Assembly: GCF_020745735.1 (NCBI RefSeq)
Contig: NC_083424.1
Span: forward strand, 29,622,999 to 29,686,998
Direction: 5' to 3'
Length of the DNA stretch: 64,000 bases
Origin: Hemiscyllium ocellatum
Lineage: Eukaryota
The notes beneath the pieces were generated by a model. The model saw nothing but the letters and a program-made list of their open reading frames with translations. It had not been told where the DNA came from and searched no databases. Of this stretch, positions 1-14,185 are shown piece by piece. The number at the start of each line of letters is the position of its first letter. Within the stretch, counting starts at the first letter, position 1. The position numbers were made by a program, and so were the translations under genes.

Positions 1-729
1 CACATAGTAGAAGGATTAAGAACAATAATGTTAAAGAGGTTAGAATTAGAGAAGCACAGATGTTTTGAAGGGCTGCTGGGCTGGATGAAATAGAGATAGA
101 GCAGGAAGAGGTCATAGAGGGATTTAAAAGTAATATAATTGCATGCAACAGGTGACCCAGCATCAATTCTCACCTGCACTAGAAGTGTGATAACACCTCA
201 GAACAGATTGATTTCAAAATATCTATGCAAGATACAAATGATTCAATATCTCAGAACATGGACTTTGTTCTGAAGAATCAACTAGTCAGTAATAAGGAGG
301 TTTCTTTTAAAAAAAATGAGGTAACCGAAACCACAAAGAAAAAAAATTAGGCATGGAAACAATTGGACAAGTAGGAGAGAGTCAGCTGGTCAAAGCCAAC
401 TCAGGATATCACATGGACCGTTTGTTTGTTGGAACTTAATCCACTATCATTACAGGATACGACCTTAAAATAAACTGGATTTCAATAACTTAAGTAAGGC
501 ATACTTATTTAGAAGTGTCAGCAACAAAGGTTGTTATGCAATTCCATCTTTCATTTTATGGTTATGGCTTTATGACACAATTTACAATCGTTGTGCAACA
601 GTTATAAATTCAGCGGACACTTGAAAAGTAACAGGCGATGCTGACAGAAATCAAACCGAAATGTGAGAGTTGTTATCTGACAAGAACAGTAAATGCATTC
701 TTTAAAAATACAATTCAAATAGCCCAATA

Positions 730-1132
730 TCCACGGAGGGAAGGGTGGCTGCACCTAGCGCTAAGGGACTGGGGTTCCCGGTGCCTTCACTGGGTGAAAG
801 GCAGTCAATGCTCTGCCTGGTGCCGACAATCCTCAGCTTTCAGCCGCGCTCTCTCTCTCTCCCCCCAAGGCCCGGGCCACAGAGCCCAGGCCCAGCCACA
901 TTCACCATCCCAGAGACTCCGCCCGCCACAGCCGGCCCAGCCCCCAGCGAGGACCACTCGTCAAAAGCTCCTGGTCTTAAAAACTCACCCCGAGTTGGAG
1001 AAACTTTATCCCCAGGCCCAAGACAGAACAGGCCTCACCAAGCTCCGGCTCCAGCAGCGCCGAGCAAGTGAAGCGGCCCCGCCAACTGACGTCAGGTGAC
1101 ACCGCCCACAGAGAGCAAGGCACCACCGCGTG
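730..1132. promoter_or_regulatory. CpG/GC-rich promoter-like island, possibly the promoter or non-coding first exon of the next minus-strand gene (CLIP1 by synteny)
   Basis: Perfect CRE TGACGTCA 1087-1094, GC boxes CCCCGCC 1077-1083 and CCGCCC 1102-1107, CpG enrichment. CLIP1 identity is inferred only from human gene order. Confidence 0.5.
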
Positions 1133-4100
1133 AGAGTCAGCACTGCACACACTGTCACCACTGGATACAGAGAGTCAGCACTACACACACTGTCACCACT
1201 GGATACAGAGATTGTCAGCACTGTCACCACTGGATATACAGACTGTCAGCACTACACACACTGTCACCACTGGATACAGAGAGTCAGCACTACACACACT
1301 GTCACCACTGGATACAGAGAGTGTCAGCACTACACACACTGTCACCACTGGATACAGAGAGTCAGCACTACATACACTGTCACCACTGGATACAGAGATT
1401 GTCAGCACTGTCACCACTGGATATACAGACTGTCAGCACTACACACACTGTCACCACTGGATACAGAGAGTGTCAGCACTACACACACTGTCACCACTGG
1501 ATACAGAGAGTCAGCACTACACACACTGTCACCACTGGATATACAGACTGTCAGCACTACACACACTGTCACCACTGGATACAGAGAGTGTCAGCACTAC
1601 ACACACTGTCACCACTGGATACAGAGAGTCACCACTGCACACACTGTCACCACTGGATACAGAGAGTGTCAGCACTACACACACACACAGTCACCACTGG
1701 ATACAGAGAGTGTCAGCACTACACACACTGTCACCACTGGATACAGAGTCAGGACTACACACTGTCACCACTGGATATACAGACTGTCAGCACTACACAC
1801 ACTGTCACCACTGGATACAGAGAGTGTCAGCACTACACACACTGTCACCACTGGATACAGAGAGTAAGCACTGTTACCACTGGATACAGAGAGTGTCAGC
1901 ACTACACACACTACCGCCACTGGATACAGAGAGTGTCAGCACTGTCACCACTGGATACAGAGAGTGTCAGCAGTACACACACTGTCACCACTGGATACAG
2001 AGAGTGTCAGCACTACACACACACACACACACACACACTCTGTCACCACTGGATACAGAGAGTGTCAGCACTACACACACACTGTCACCACTGGATACAG
2101 AGAGTGTCAGCACTGTCACCACTGGATACAGAGAGTGTCAGCACTACACACACTGTCACCACTGGATACAGAGAGTAAGCACTGTCACCACTGGATACAG
2201 AGAGTGTCAGCACTGTCACCACTGGATACAGAGAGTGTCAGCAGTACACACACCGTCACCACTGGATACAGAGAGTGTCAGCACTACACACACACACACA
2301 CACACACACTCTGTCACCACTGGATACAGAGAGTGTCAGCACTACACACACACTGTCACCACTGGATACAGAGAGTGTCAGCACTGTCACCACTGGATAC
2401 AGAGAGTGTCAGCACTACACACACTGTCACCACTGGATACAGAGAGTGTCAGCACTGTCACCACTGGATACAGAGAGTCAACACTGCACACACTGTGACC
2501 ACTAGATATAGAGTGTCAGCATTACATACACTGTCACCACTGGATACAGAGAGTGTCAGCACTGTCACCACTGGATACAGAGATTCAGCACTACACACAC
2601 TGTCACCACTGGATACAGAAAGTGTCAGCACTGCACACACTGTCACCACTGGATACAGAGAATGTCAGCACTGCACACCCTCTCACCACTGGATACAGAA
2701 GAGTGTCAACACTGTCACCCTGGATCCAGAGGGTGGCAGCACTACACACAGTCACCACTGGATACAGAGAGTCATGACTACACACACTGTCGCCACTGGA
2801 TACAGAGAGTGTCAGCACTGCACACACTGTCATCACTGGATACAGAGAGTGTCAGCACTGTCACCACTGGAAACAGAGATAGTCAGCACTACACACACAG
2901 TCACCCCTGGATACAGAGAGTCAGGACTACACACACAGTCACCACTGGATACAGAGAGTCAGCACTACACACACTGTCACCACAGGATACAGAGAGTCAG
3001 CACTGTCACCACTGGATACAGAGTGTCAGCACTGCACACACTGTCACCACTGGATACAGAGAGTCAGCACTGTCACCACTGGATAGAGAGAGTGTCAGCA
3101 CTACACACACTGTCGCCACTGGATGCAGAGAGTCAGCACTGTCACAACTGGATACAAAGAGTCATCACTGCAAACACTGTCACCACTGGATATAGAGAGT
3201 CAGCACTGTCACCACTGGATACAGAGTGTCAGCACTGCACACACTGTCACCACTGGATACAGAGAGTCGGCACTGTCACCACTGGATAGAGAGAGTGTCA
3301 GCACTACACACACTGTCGCCACTGGATGCAGAGAGTCAGCACTGTCACAACTGGATACAAAGAGTCATCACTGCAAACACTGTCACCACTGGATATAGAG
3401 AGTCAGCACTGTCACTACTGGATACAGAGTGTCAGCACTGCACACACTGTCACCACTGGATACAGAGAGTCGGCACTGTCACCACTGGATAGAGAGAGTG
3501 TCAGCACTACACACACTGTCGCCACTGGATGCAGAGAGTCAGCACTGTCACAACTGGATACAAAGAGTCATCACTGCAAACACTGTCACCACTGGATATA
3601 GAGAGTCAGCACTGTCACTACTGGATACAGAGTGTCAGCATTACACACACTGTCACCACAGGATACAGAGAGTCAGGACTGTTACCACTAGATACAGAGA
3701 GTGTCAGCACTGCACACACTGTCACCACTGGATACAGAGAGTCAGCACTGTCACCACTGGATACAGAGAGTGTCAGCACTACACACTCTGTCACCACCAG
3801 ATACATAATCAGCACTGTCACCACTGGATACAGGGAGTGTCAGCACTACACACACTATCACCAATGGATACAGAGAGTCAGCACTACACACACTGTCTCC
3901 ACTGATACAGAGTCAGCACTACACACACTGTCACCACTGGATAGAGAGTCATCACTACACACACTGTCTCCACTGATACAGAGAGTCAGCACTGTCACCA
4001 CAGGATACAGAGAGTCAGCACTACACACACTGTCACCACAGGATACAGAGAGTCAGCACTGTCACCACTGGATATAGAGAATCAGCACTGCACACACTGT

Positions 4101-5740
4101 CACCATCGGATACAGAGAGTCAGCACTGCACGCACTGTCACCACTGGGTATAGAGAGTCATCATTGCAAACACTGTCACCACTGGATGTAGAGTGTCAGC
4201 ACTGCACACAATGTCACCACTTGGTATAGAGAGTCAACACGGCACACACTGAGATAGAGAGTCAGCATTGCACTTAATGTCACCACTGGATACAGAGATT
4301 CAGCACTGCGCACACTCTCACCACAGGATACAGAGAGTCAGCACTGTCACCACTGGATATAGAGAGTCAGCACTGCACACACACTGAGATAGAGAATAAG
4401 CACTGCACACACTGTCGCCACTGGGGATAGACAGTCAGCATTGCACACACTGTCACCACTGGAGATATAGTCACCCTTGCACAGACTGGAAATAGAGATT
4501 CAGCACTGCACACACTGTCACCACTGCTTATAGAGAGTCAGCACTACACATACTGTCACTACTGGAGATAAAGAGTCAGCACTGCAAACACTGTCACCAC
4601 TGGATACAGCAAGTCAGCACTGCACACACTGTCACCACTGGATATAGAGAGTCAGCACTGCACACACTGTCACCACTGGATACAGAGAGTGTCAGCACTA
4701 CACACACACAGTCACCACTGGATACAGAGAGTGTCAGCACTACACACACTGTCACCACTGGATACAGAAAGTGTCAGCACTGCACACACTGTCACCACTG
4801 GATACAGAGAATGTCAGCACTGCACACCCTCTCACCACTGGATACAGAGAGTGTCAGCACTACACACACTGTCACCACTGGATACAGAGAGTCAGCACTA
4901 CACACACTGTCACCACTGGATACAGAGAGTGTCAGCACTACACACACTGTCACCACTGGATACAGAGAGTCAGCACTACACACACTGTCACCACTGGATA
5001 TACAGACTGTCAGCACTACACACACTGTCACCACTGGATACAGAGAGTGTCAGCACTACACACACTGTCACCACTGGATACAGAGAGTCACCACTGCACA
5101 CACTGTCACCACTGGATACAGAGAGTGTCAGCACTACACACACACAGTCACCACTGGATACAGAGAGTGTCAGCACTACACACACTGTCACCACTGGATA
5201 CAGAGTCAGGACTACACACTGTCACCACTGGATATACAGACTGTCAGCACTACACACACTGTCACCACTGGATACAGAGAGTGTCAGCACTACACACACT
5301 GTCACCACTGGATACAGAGAGTAAGCACTGTTACCACTGGATACAGAGAGTGTCAGCACTACACACACTACCGCCACTGGATACAGAGAGTGTCAGCACT
5401 GTCACCACTGGATACAGAGAGTGTCAGCAGTACACACACTGTCACCACTGGATACAGAGAGTGTCAGCACTACACACACACACACACACACACTCTGTCA
5501 CCACTGGATACAGAGAGTGTCAGCACTACACACACACTGTCACCACTGGATACAGAGAGTGTCAGCACTGTCACCACTGGATACAGAGAGTGTCAGCACT
5601 ACACACACTGTCACCACTGGATACAGAGAGTAAGCACTGTCACCACTGGATACAGAGAGTGTCAGCACTGTCACCACTGGATACAGAGAGTGTCAGCAGT
5701 ACACACACCGTCACCACTGGATACAGAGAGTGTCAGCACT

Positions 5741-5771
<31 letters not shown>

Positions 5772-8300
5772 CACCACTGGATACAGAGAGTGTCAGCACT
5801 ACACACACACTGTCACCACTGGATACAGAGAGTGTCAGCACTGTCACCACTGGATACAGAGAGTGTCAGCACTACACACACTGTCACCACTGGATACAGA
5901 GAGTGTCAGCACTGTCACCACTGGATACAGAGAGTCAACACTGCACACACTGTGACCACTAGATATAGAGTGTCAGCATTACATACACTGTCACCACTGG
6001 ATACAGAGAGTGTCAGCACTGTCACCACTGGATACAGAGATTCAGCACTACACACACTGTCACCACTGGATACAGAAAGTGTCAGCACTGCACACACTGT
6101 CACCACTGGATACAGAGAATGTCAGCACTGCACACCCTCTCACCACTGGATACAGAAGAGTGTCAACACTGTCACCCTGGATCCAGAGGGTGGCAGCACT
6201 ACACACAGTCACCACTGGATACAGAGAGTCATGACTACACACACTGTCGCCACTGGATACAGAGAGTGTCAGCACTGCACACACTGTCATCACTGGATAC
6301 AGAGAGTGTCAGCACTGTCACCACTGGAAACAGAGATAGTCAGCACTACACACACAGTCACCCCTGGATACAGAGAGTCAGGACTACACACACAGTCACC
6401 ACTGGATACAGAGAGTCAGCACTACACACACTGTCACCACAGGATACAGAGAGTCAGCACTGTCACCACTGGATACAGAGTGTCAGCACTGCACACACTG
6501 TCACCACTGGATACAGAGAGTCAGCACTGTCACCACTGGATAGAGAGAGTGTCAGCACTACACACACTGTCGCCACTGGATGCAGAGAGTCAGCACTGTC
6601 ACAACTGGATACAAAGAGTCATCACTGCAAACACTGTCACCACTGGATATAGAGAGTCAGCACTGTCACCACTGGATACAGAGTGTCAGCACTGCACACA
6701 CTGTCACCACTGGATACAGAGAGTCGGCACTGTCACCACTGGATAGAGAGAGTGTCAGCACTACACACACTGTCGCCACTGGATGCAGAGAGTCAGCACT
6801 GTCACAACTGGATACAAAGAGTCATCACTGCAAACACTGTCACCACTGGATATAGAGAGTCAGCACTGTCACTACTGGATACAGAGTGTCAGCACTGCAC
6901 ACACTGTCACCACTGGATACAGAGAGTCGGCACTGTCACCACTGGATAGAGAGAGTGTCAGCACTACACACACTGTCGCCACTGGATGCAGAGAGTCAGC
7001 ACTGTCACAACTGGATACAAAGAGTCATCACTGCAAACACTGTCACCACTGGATATAGAGAGTCAGCACTGTCACTACTGGATACAGAGTGTCAGCATTA
7101 CACACACTGTCACCACAGGATACAGAGAGTCAGGACTGTTACCACTAGATACAGAGAGTGTCAGCACTGCACACACTGTCACCACTGGATACAGAGAGTC
7201 AGCACTGTCACCACTGGATACAGAGAGTGTCAGCACTACACACTCTGTCACCACCAGATACATAATCAGCACTGTCACCACTGGATACAGGGAGTGTCAG
7301 CACTACACACACTATCACCAATGGATACAGAGAGTCAGCACTACACACACTGTCTCCACTGATACAGAGTCAGCACTACACACACTGTCACCACTGGATA
7401 GAGAGTCATCACTACACACACTGTCTCCACTGATACAGAGAGTCAGCACTGTCACCACAGGATACAGAGAGTCAGCACTACACACACTGTCACCACAGGA
7501 TACAGAGAGTCAGCACTGTCACCACTGGATATAGAGAATCAGCACTGCACACACTGTCACCATCGGATACAGAGAGTCAGCACTGCACGCACTGTCACCA
7601 CTGGGTATAGAGAGTCATCATTGCAAACACTGTCACCACTGGATGTAGAGTGTCAGCACTGCACACAATGTCACCACTTGGTATAGAGAGTCAACACGGC
7701 ACACACTGAGATAGAGAGTCAGCATTGCACTTAATGTCACCACTGGATACAGAGATTCAGCACTGCGCACACTCTCACCACAGGATACAGAGAGTCAGCA
7801 CTGTCACCACTGGATATAGAGAGTCAGCACTGCACACACACTGAGATAGAGAATAAGCACTGCACACACTGTCGCCACTGGGGATAGACAGTCAGCATTG
7901 CACACACTGTCACCACTGGAGATATAGTCACCCTTGCACAGACTGGAAATAGAGATTCAGCACTGCACACACTGTCACCACTGCTTATAGAGAGTCAGCA
8001 CTACACATACTGTCACTACTGGAGATAAAGAGTCAGCACTGCAAACACTGTCACCACTGGATACAGCAAGTCAGCACTGCACACACTGTCACCACTGGAT
8101 ATAGAGAGTCAGCACTGCACACACTGTCACCACTCGATACAGAGAGTCAGCACTGCACACACTGTCACCAGCGGATATGGAGAGTCATCATTGCAAACAC
8201 TGTCACCACTGGATATGGAGAGTCAGCACTGCACACATTGTCACCACTGGATATAGAGAGTCAGCACTGCACAACTCACCACTGGATATAGAGAGTCAGC
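1133..8300. repeat. Tandem minisatellite array, unit about 28-41 bp: CTGTCACCACTGGATACAGAGAG(TG)TCAGCA(CTACACACA)
   Basis: Directly visible; long and short unit variants; higher-order periods of about 187, 203, 310 and 3457 bp. Confidence 0.97.
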
Positions 8301-9389
8301 ACTGGATATACTGTCACCACTGGCTATCTAGAGAGAATCAGCACTGGATATAGAGAGTCAGCACTGGATATAATGTCATAACTGGATATAAAGAGTCAGT
8401 ACTGGATATAGAGTCAGCATTGGACATACTGTCACCACTGGATATAAAGAGTCAGCACTGGATATATTGTCACCGCTGGGTATATAGAGAGTCAGAACTG
8501 GATATACTGTTAACACTGGATATGTCACCACTGGATACAGAATTGGCACTGGATATACTGTATAATGTCACCACTGGATATAGACTCAGCACTGGATATA
8601 TTGCCACCATTGGATATAGACAGTATCAGTACTGGAATTACTATTACCAGTGGATATAGAGAGAATCAGCACTTAATGTACTGTTACCATATGATATAGG
8701 GAGAGTCGGCACTGGATATACTGTCACAGCTGGATATAGAGCAATACAGCACTGGATATACCGTCACAAATGGATATGGAGAGAATCAGCACTGAATATT
8801 GAGAGTCAGCACAAGATATACTGTAACCATTGAATATAGAAAATATCAGCAATGGATATGGAGAGGGCCAGTGCTAGATATATTGTCAGCACTGGATTTA
8901 CTATTACCACTGGATATAGAGGGAATCAGCACTTGATGTACTGTCACCATAGGATATAGGGAGAATCAGCACAGGATATAGAGCGAGCACTAGATATACT
9001 GTTACCACTGAATATACTGTCACAACTGGATACAGAGAGATGCAGCACTGGATATACCGTCACAAATGGGTATGGAGAGAATCAGCACTGAATATAGCGA
9101 GTCAGCAGAGGATATATAGACACCACTACATGTAGAAAGAGTCAGCACTGGATGTAGAGTCAGTACTGGATATACTGTCACCACAGGATAAAGAGAGAAT
9201 CAGCACTGAATATACAGAGTCAGCACAGAATGTAGAGAGAACCACCGCTGGATATATAGACACCACCATATACAGAAAAGGTCAGCACTGAATATTCCAT
9301 CAGCACAGGACATAGAGGAAGTCAGTACTGGATATACTGGCACCACAGGATATAGCGAGAGTCAGTATTGGGTATACTGTCATAATAGT

Positions 9390-10628
9390 TGAGTGTGTTG
9401 CTGGAAAAGCACAGCAGGTCAGGCAGTATCCATGGGGCAGGAAAATCGACATTTCAGACTGGAGCCCTTCATCAGGAATGAGGCTGGGACCCTTGCAGGT
9501 GGAGAGATAAATGGGAGGGGGTGGGGCTGGGGAGAAGGTAGCTGAGACTGGAATAGGTGGATAGAGGTGGGGGTAAAGGTGATAGGTCAGAGATAAGGGT
9601 GGAGTGGATTGTTGGGAAGAAGATTGACAGGGGAACCTCCGCCCTCAAACCCCAACCCTCCAACCGCAACAAGGTCAGATCCTTCTCGGGTCCTCACCTT
9701 CCACCCCCACCAACCTCCGCATAAATCGCATCATCCATCAATACTTCTGCCACCTACAAATGGACCCCATCACCAGGGATATATATCCCTCCTTACCCCT
9801 ATCTGTTTTCTGCAAAGACTGTTCTCTCCGTGACTACCTAGTTAGGTCTACACCCTCTAAGAAGTCACCCTCCCCTCTTGGCACCTTCCTCTGCCACCAC
9901 AGGAATTGCAAAACCTGCACCCACACTACTCCGCTCACCTCCATTCAAGGCCCCAAAGCAACCTTCCACATCCATCAAGGTTTCACCTGTACTTTCTTAT
10001 GTCATTTATTGTATCCGTTGCTCCCGAAGAAGTCTCCTCTACATTGGGGAGACTGGACGCCTTGTCGCAGTGTGCTTTAGGGAATATCTCCAGGACACCC
10101 ACACCAATCAACCCCACTACCACGTGGCTGAACATTTCAACTCTGCCGAGGACATGCAGGTGCTGGGCCTCTTTCACCACCACTCCCTTACCACCTGACG
10201 TCTGGAGGAAGAATGCTTATCTTCTGCCTCGGGACCCTTTAATCCCAGGGCATCAATGTGGACTTCACCAGTTTCCTCAGTTCCCCTACCCCCACCTTAC
10301 CCCAGTTCCAACCTTCCAGCTCAGCACCACCCTCATGACCTGTCCCACTTGTCAATCTTTTTCCCACCTATCCGCTCCACCTTATCTCTGACCTATCACC
10401 TTCACCCCCACCTCCATTCACCTATTGCACTCTCAGCTACTTTCTCCCAGGCTCAACCCCCTCCCATTTATCTCTCCACCCCTGAGGCTCCCAGCCTCAT
10501 TCCTGATGAAGGGCTCCAGCTCACAACGTCAATTTTTCCTGCTCCTTAGATGCTGCCTGACCTGCTGTGCTTTTTCAGAAACACACTCTCAACTCTGATC
10601 TCCAGCATCTGCAGACCTCGCTGTTTCC
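9390..10628 (+). mobile_element. Penelope-like element family A, 5-prime truncated, GIY-YIG remnant, inverted pLTR at 9390-9632
   Basis: VIYCIRC..LLYIGETGR..VAEHFN peptide (ORF 9878..10198); 9390-9630 is the reverse complement of the 3-prime end; hammerhead motifs at 9445-9480 (-) and 10498-10535 (+). Confidence 0.9.
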
Positions 10629-11956
10629 TATACTGTCACAACAGAATGTCAGTTCTGTGCATAATAATCTCACCACAAGATGTAGAGAGTCAGCACAAAG
10701 TATAGAGAGAGTTAGCACTGGGTATAATGTATCCCACAGGATATGGAGTCACTGCTGGGTATAGTGTCACCACAGGATTATAGAGATAGTTTTCATTATC
10801 GCCTCAGGCACAGAGAGAGTAGGCGCTGGGAATGATGTCAGCACTGGGTATAGTGTCAGCTCTGGGTAGAGAGATCAGCACTGGGTATTGTGTCACCACT
10901 CAATGTACAGAACATCAGTACAGGGTACACTTTCCCCTTTATAATCTAGACCCTGTATACAGAGAGATCATACTGGATATAGTGTGAGATAGGCAGACTC
11001 TGCACTTGATATAATGTCACCATTGGGTATAGGGAGAGTGAGAGGTTGCTTAATTCAGTTGGACGGATGGCTGTTTTGCAATGTAGAATTAAGTTAGCAA
11101 TATGATGTTAGTTTCTGCACCAGCTCAGGTTCCCATAAACTACTCTCCTCCTTAACAATGCCTGGGCATGGTGATCCTTAGACAAAACCACCACCAGTCT
11201 TCACTGTCTCTGATGAGTGAATAGCCCTGTGATCTGTGAAGGCTATGAAGACTTTACCTTTCAAGGGAAAATCACCATTACGTACATGGAGAGTCAGCAC
11301 TGGATGTAGGGAGGGAGTAACTTTTGGATACATTGTCCCCTCTGGCTATTGCGAATGTCAACAGTGGATATTGTGTCACCTCTGGATATAGGGAGAGTCA
11401 GCATTAGATGTAGTGCTGCCACTGGGAATAGATGGTGTCAGCAATGGATATAGAGAGTATTGGCAGGGTGTGTTAGAAATAAGTGAAGAAGTGTCAGCAC
11501 AGAATAGAGGGAGAGTCAGCAATAGGTCTAACAAGTGTCAGCACCTGATATAGGAATTTCCAGAGTTAAGTCTAGAGAGTATTCATAGTGAGTCCAATGA
11601 CTGTCAGTACTGGATATAGCAAGTGTCAGAATCAAATACATTGAGTGTCCATGCTGGATACAGGGAACGTTACTGCAAGATATAAGGAATATCAGCACTA
11701 AGTGCACTGCCTGGATGCAGGTTTGCCAGCTCTCTGTCCAGGGAATGCCTGTGCTGGGTCAGGGATGATCATTGCTAGGCCCAGTGAGTGTTAACATTGG
11801 ACAGAGGGAGTGTGGGCATTGGATGCCGCGAGTGTCAAAACAGGGTCAGCACTGTGTCCAGAGAATGTTGGCACTGAATATAGGGACTATCAGCAGTGTA
11901 ACAGAGAATGTTGACACACAAGAAGTGTCAACACTAGCACTAACAGCAGAGAATGG

Positions 11957-12445
11957 GAGAAAGTGAGGACTGCAGATGCTGGAGGTTGGAGTCGTAAAGT
12001 GTGGTGTTGGAAAACTACAGCAAGTCAGACAGCATCTGAAGAGAGTTGATGTTTCGAGCTTAAGCCCTTCATCAGAAATATATGTGTGTGTGTGGTGGGG
12101 TGGGGGGGGGGGGGGGGGGGGGGGGGGGCGGCGGATGGTGGAAGGAAAGGTAGCTTGGAAGGTGATAGGTAGATGCAGGTAGGGGATGATGGTGATGGGT
12201 CAGAGTGGAGGCTGAAGCAGATAGGTGGGAAGGAAGATGGACAGGTGGGACAGTTCAAGAAGATGGCGCCAAGATGGGGTTGAATATGGGATGAGGTTGA
12301 GTAGATGAGGAAACTGGTGAAATCAATGTTAATGTTGTGTGGTCGGAGGGTCCCAAGGCGGAAGCTGAGGCGTTCTTCCTCCAGGCATTAGGTAGCTAGA
12401 ATTTGGTGGTGGAGGCAGCCCAGGACTTGCACGTCATTGGAAGTG
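11957..12445 (-). mobile_element. Penelope-like family A 3-prime fragment with pLTR and hammerhead motif; internal G run 12102-12128
   Basis: GAGAAAGTGAGGACTGCAGATGCTGGA end shared with the 58508 copy; CTGATGA-AGGGC-TTAA-GCTC-GAAAC on the minus strand. Confidence 0.85.
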
Positions 12446-12984
12446 TGAGTGACCGACCAACAGCATTAAGTAATGGAACTGTGGACACTGGGTATAGGGA
12501 GCATCACGATTGGACGCAGGAAGTACCAACACTGGAAATCAGAAGGGTCAACACTGACTAATAGTGCAATGAAGTGTAGAGCATTAGATGCAGGGCCAGG
12601 GAATGTGAGCACTAAATAAATGGTGTTAGAAATTTCTATGTGAACACTGGATAAATGGAGTGTAGTTCAGTAGGTAAAACCAACATGGGAACTGGATAGG
12701 TGGTGTAATTTCACTGGGCAAAGGATCTCTGGGTAGAGAAACCATGGGTACTGGGTGAAGAAAGAGTGGGCACTGGTTAAATGGTGTGGACACTGGAAAA
12801 TAGGTTGATTCTGGATTAAGGTAGTATGTACCTTGTATGGGCATTGGAATTCAGCAGTTAGATTTGGTAAAGGGAGTGTACACTAAGTAAGTTATGTACA
12901 GCACTAGACAACAATCACTACCAGGTATGCGAGCATGGGCACAGGGATTGAGTGTTTGATAAATTTTATTGTCAGTGGGTATCA

Positions 12985-13315
12985 TTGGAGTTTAGAAAAA
13001 TGAGGGGATCCCTTAGAAATCTATAAAATTTTAAACAAGACTAGACAGGCAAACATGGGAAGGATGTTCCAATGACTGGGGGGGGCCAGAACTGGGGTCA
13101 CAGGGGTAGGCCATTTCGGACCAAGAGGAGGATAAATTTCTTTATCAGAGAGAAGTGAGCCTGTGGAATTCTCCATCACCGAAAATGTTTGAGACCAAAA
13201 ACACTGAATGGCTTCAAGGAGGAATTAGATGTAGTTGTTAGGGATAAAATGATCAAAGGGTATGGGGAGAAAGAAGAGCCCAATGGCCAAATCTTGCTCC
13301 TATTTTCTATGTTTT
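12985..13315 (+). mobile_element. CR1-type LINE 3-prime fragment
   Basis: Degenerate RT C-terminus (RMRGD..E.YK, FF.QR...LWN) and TTGCTCCTATTTTCTATG tail like the other CR1 copies. Confidence 0.7.
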
Positions 13316-13659
13316 TGTAGAGGGGTCATGGGCTCCAGCCTCTTGGAATTGGATAGAGTGGCGCTGGCTAGAGGTTGTGTGGGCAGTGTGTAAATGAACA
13401 ATTGTGTATCAAGGAGAGTTTGGGTGTTGGTGAGGGACTACAGAGCTCAGAATCAGGAGCAAGAGCAAATCAGAAGGGGGAAAAGATTACCCACTTTGTG
13501 GTTAAGGGAAATAGGAATATGAAGCTGGAACCACTGTATTAGCAGAAGAGGATGTAGGCACTAAGCGAATCAAGTTCAGGACATGGGAACTGGATGAAGA
13601 AGAAATGTTAACAAACAAAACAGAAATTGTCAGTGAACTCAGCTATCAGCCTCTGTTCA

Positions 13660-14185
13660 GCAATTGTACGTTGATGCATGTCCCAAAGTCTGCCTTAGAG
13701 CCTCCAAAGATCTGAGGCTGAATGTCCTTGACCACCAAAGTGTTTCCCCACTGGTAGGGAACATCTCTGTCTGGCAATTGTTGTGCAGTGTCCATTCATC
13801 TGTTGTAGCATCTGCTTGGTTTCACCAATATACCATGCCTTGAAGCATCCTTGTTGCAGCGAATGAGATAGACAGTATTGGTCCAGTCACATGAGTACCT
13901 GCTGTGGTAGTGGGTGGTGTCCTCACCTGTAATGGTGTGATCCATGTCTATGCTTTGACCATGTCAATAAATATTAATAAATCAAAACTGGCACCTCCAT
14001 TCTAACTGATTAAAGACTTAATAGCCATCTAATTTTGTCCTATACATTTGCATGAATTGTGTGATCCTTTGAGCCTTATAAATTCTGTGTCCGATGTATT
14101 CTGGCTTGCTCGCATCCCGAGGAAGTGTGCGGTTTCAAATAAACGTTTTGGACTATATCCCAGTGTCCTGCGATTCTTGACTTTA
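13660..14185 (-). mobile_element. Penelope-like family B fragment with inverted degenerate pLTR (about 13990-14185)
   Basis: Similar to 61130-61395 and 63300-63460. Confidence 0.7.

Larger units (their letters stand above)
8301..12900. repeat. Progressively degenerate continuation of the same minisatellite, interrupted by Penelope insertions
   Basis: Recurring GTCAGCACTGGATATA and TGTCACCAC motifs with increasing divergence; right edge approximate. Confidence 0.8.

Noticed and set aside
638-1099. 153-aa and 108-aa plus-strand ORFs
   Set aside because: No recognisable domain; consistent with chance ORFs in a GC-rich island.
1096-7534. Long His/Cys/Thr-rich ORFs (up to 441 aa) in all three plus-strand frames
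   Set aside because: They arise because the minisatellite unit lacks stop codons; indels switch frames freely, so there is no sign of coding constraint.
1133-8300. CRISPR-like appearance (palindromic ~30-bp repeats)
   Set aside because: No unique spacers, no cas genes, vertebrate context; it is a tandem repeat.
1133-8300. CACTGTC resembling the RAG RSS heptamer
   Set aside because: Its reverse complement GACAGTG lacks the essential first C, and no nonamer or V/J segments are seen.
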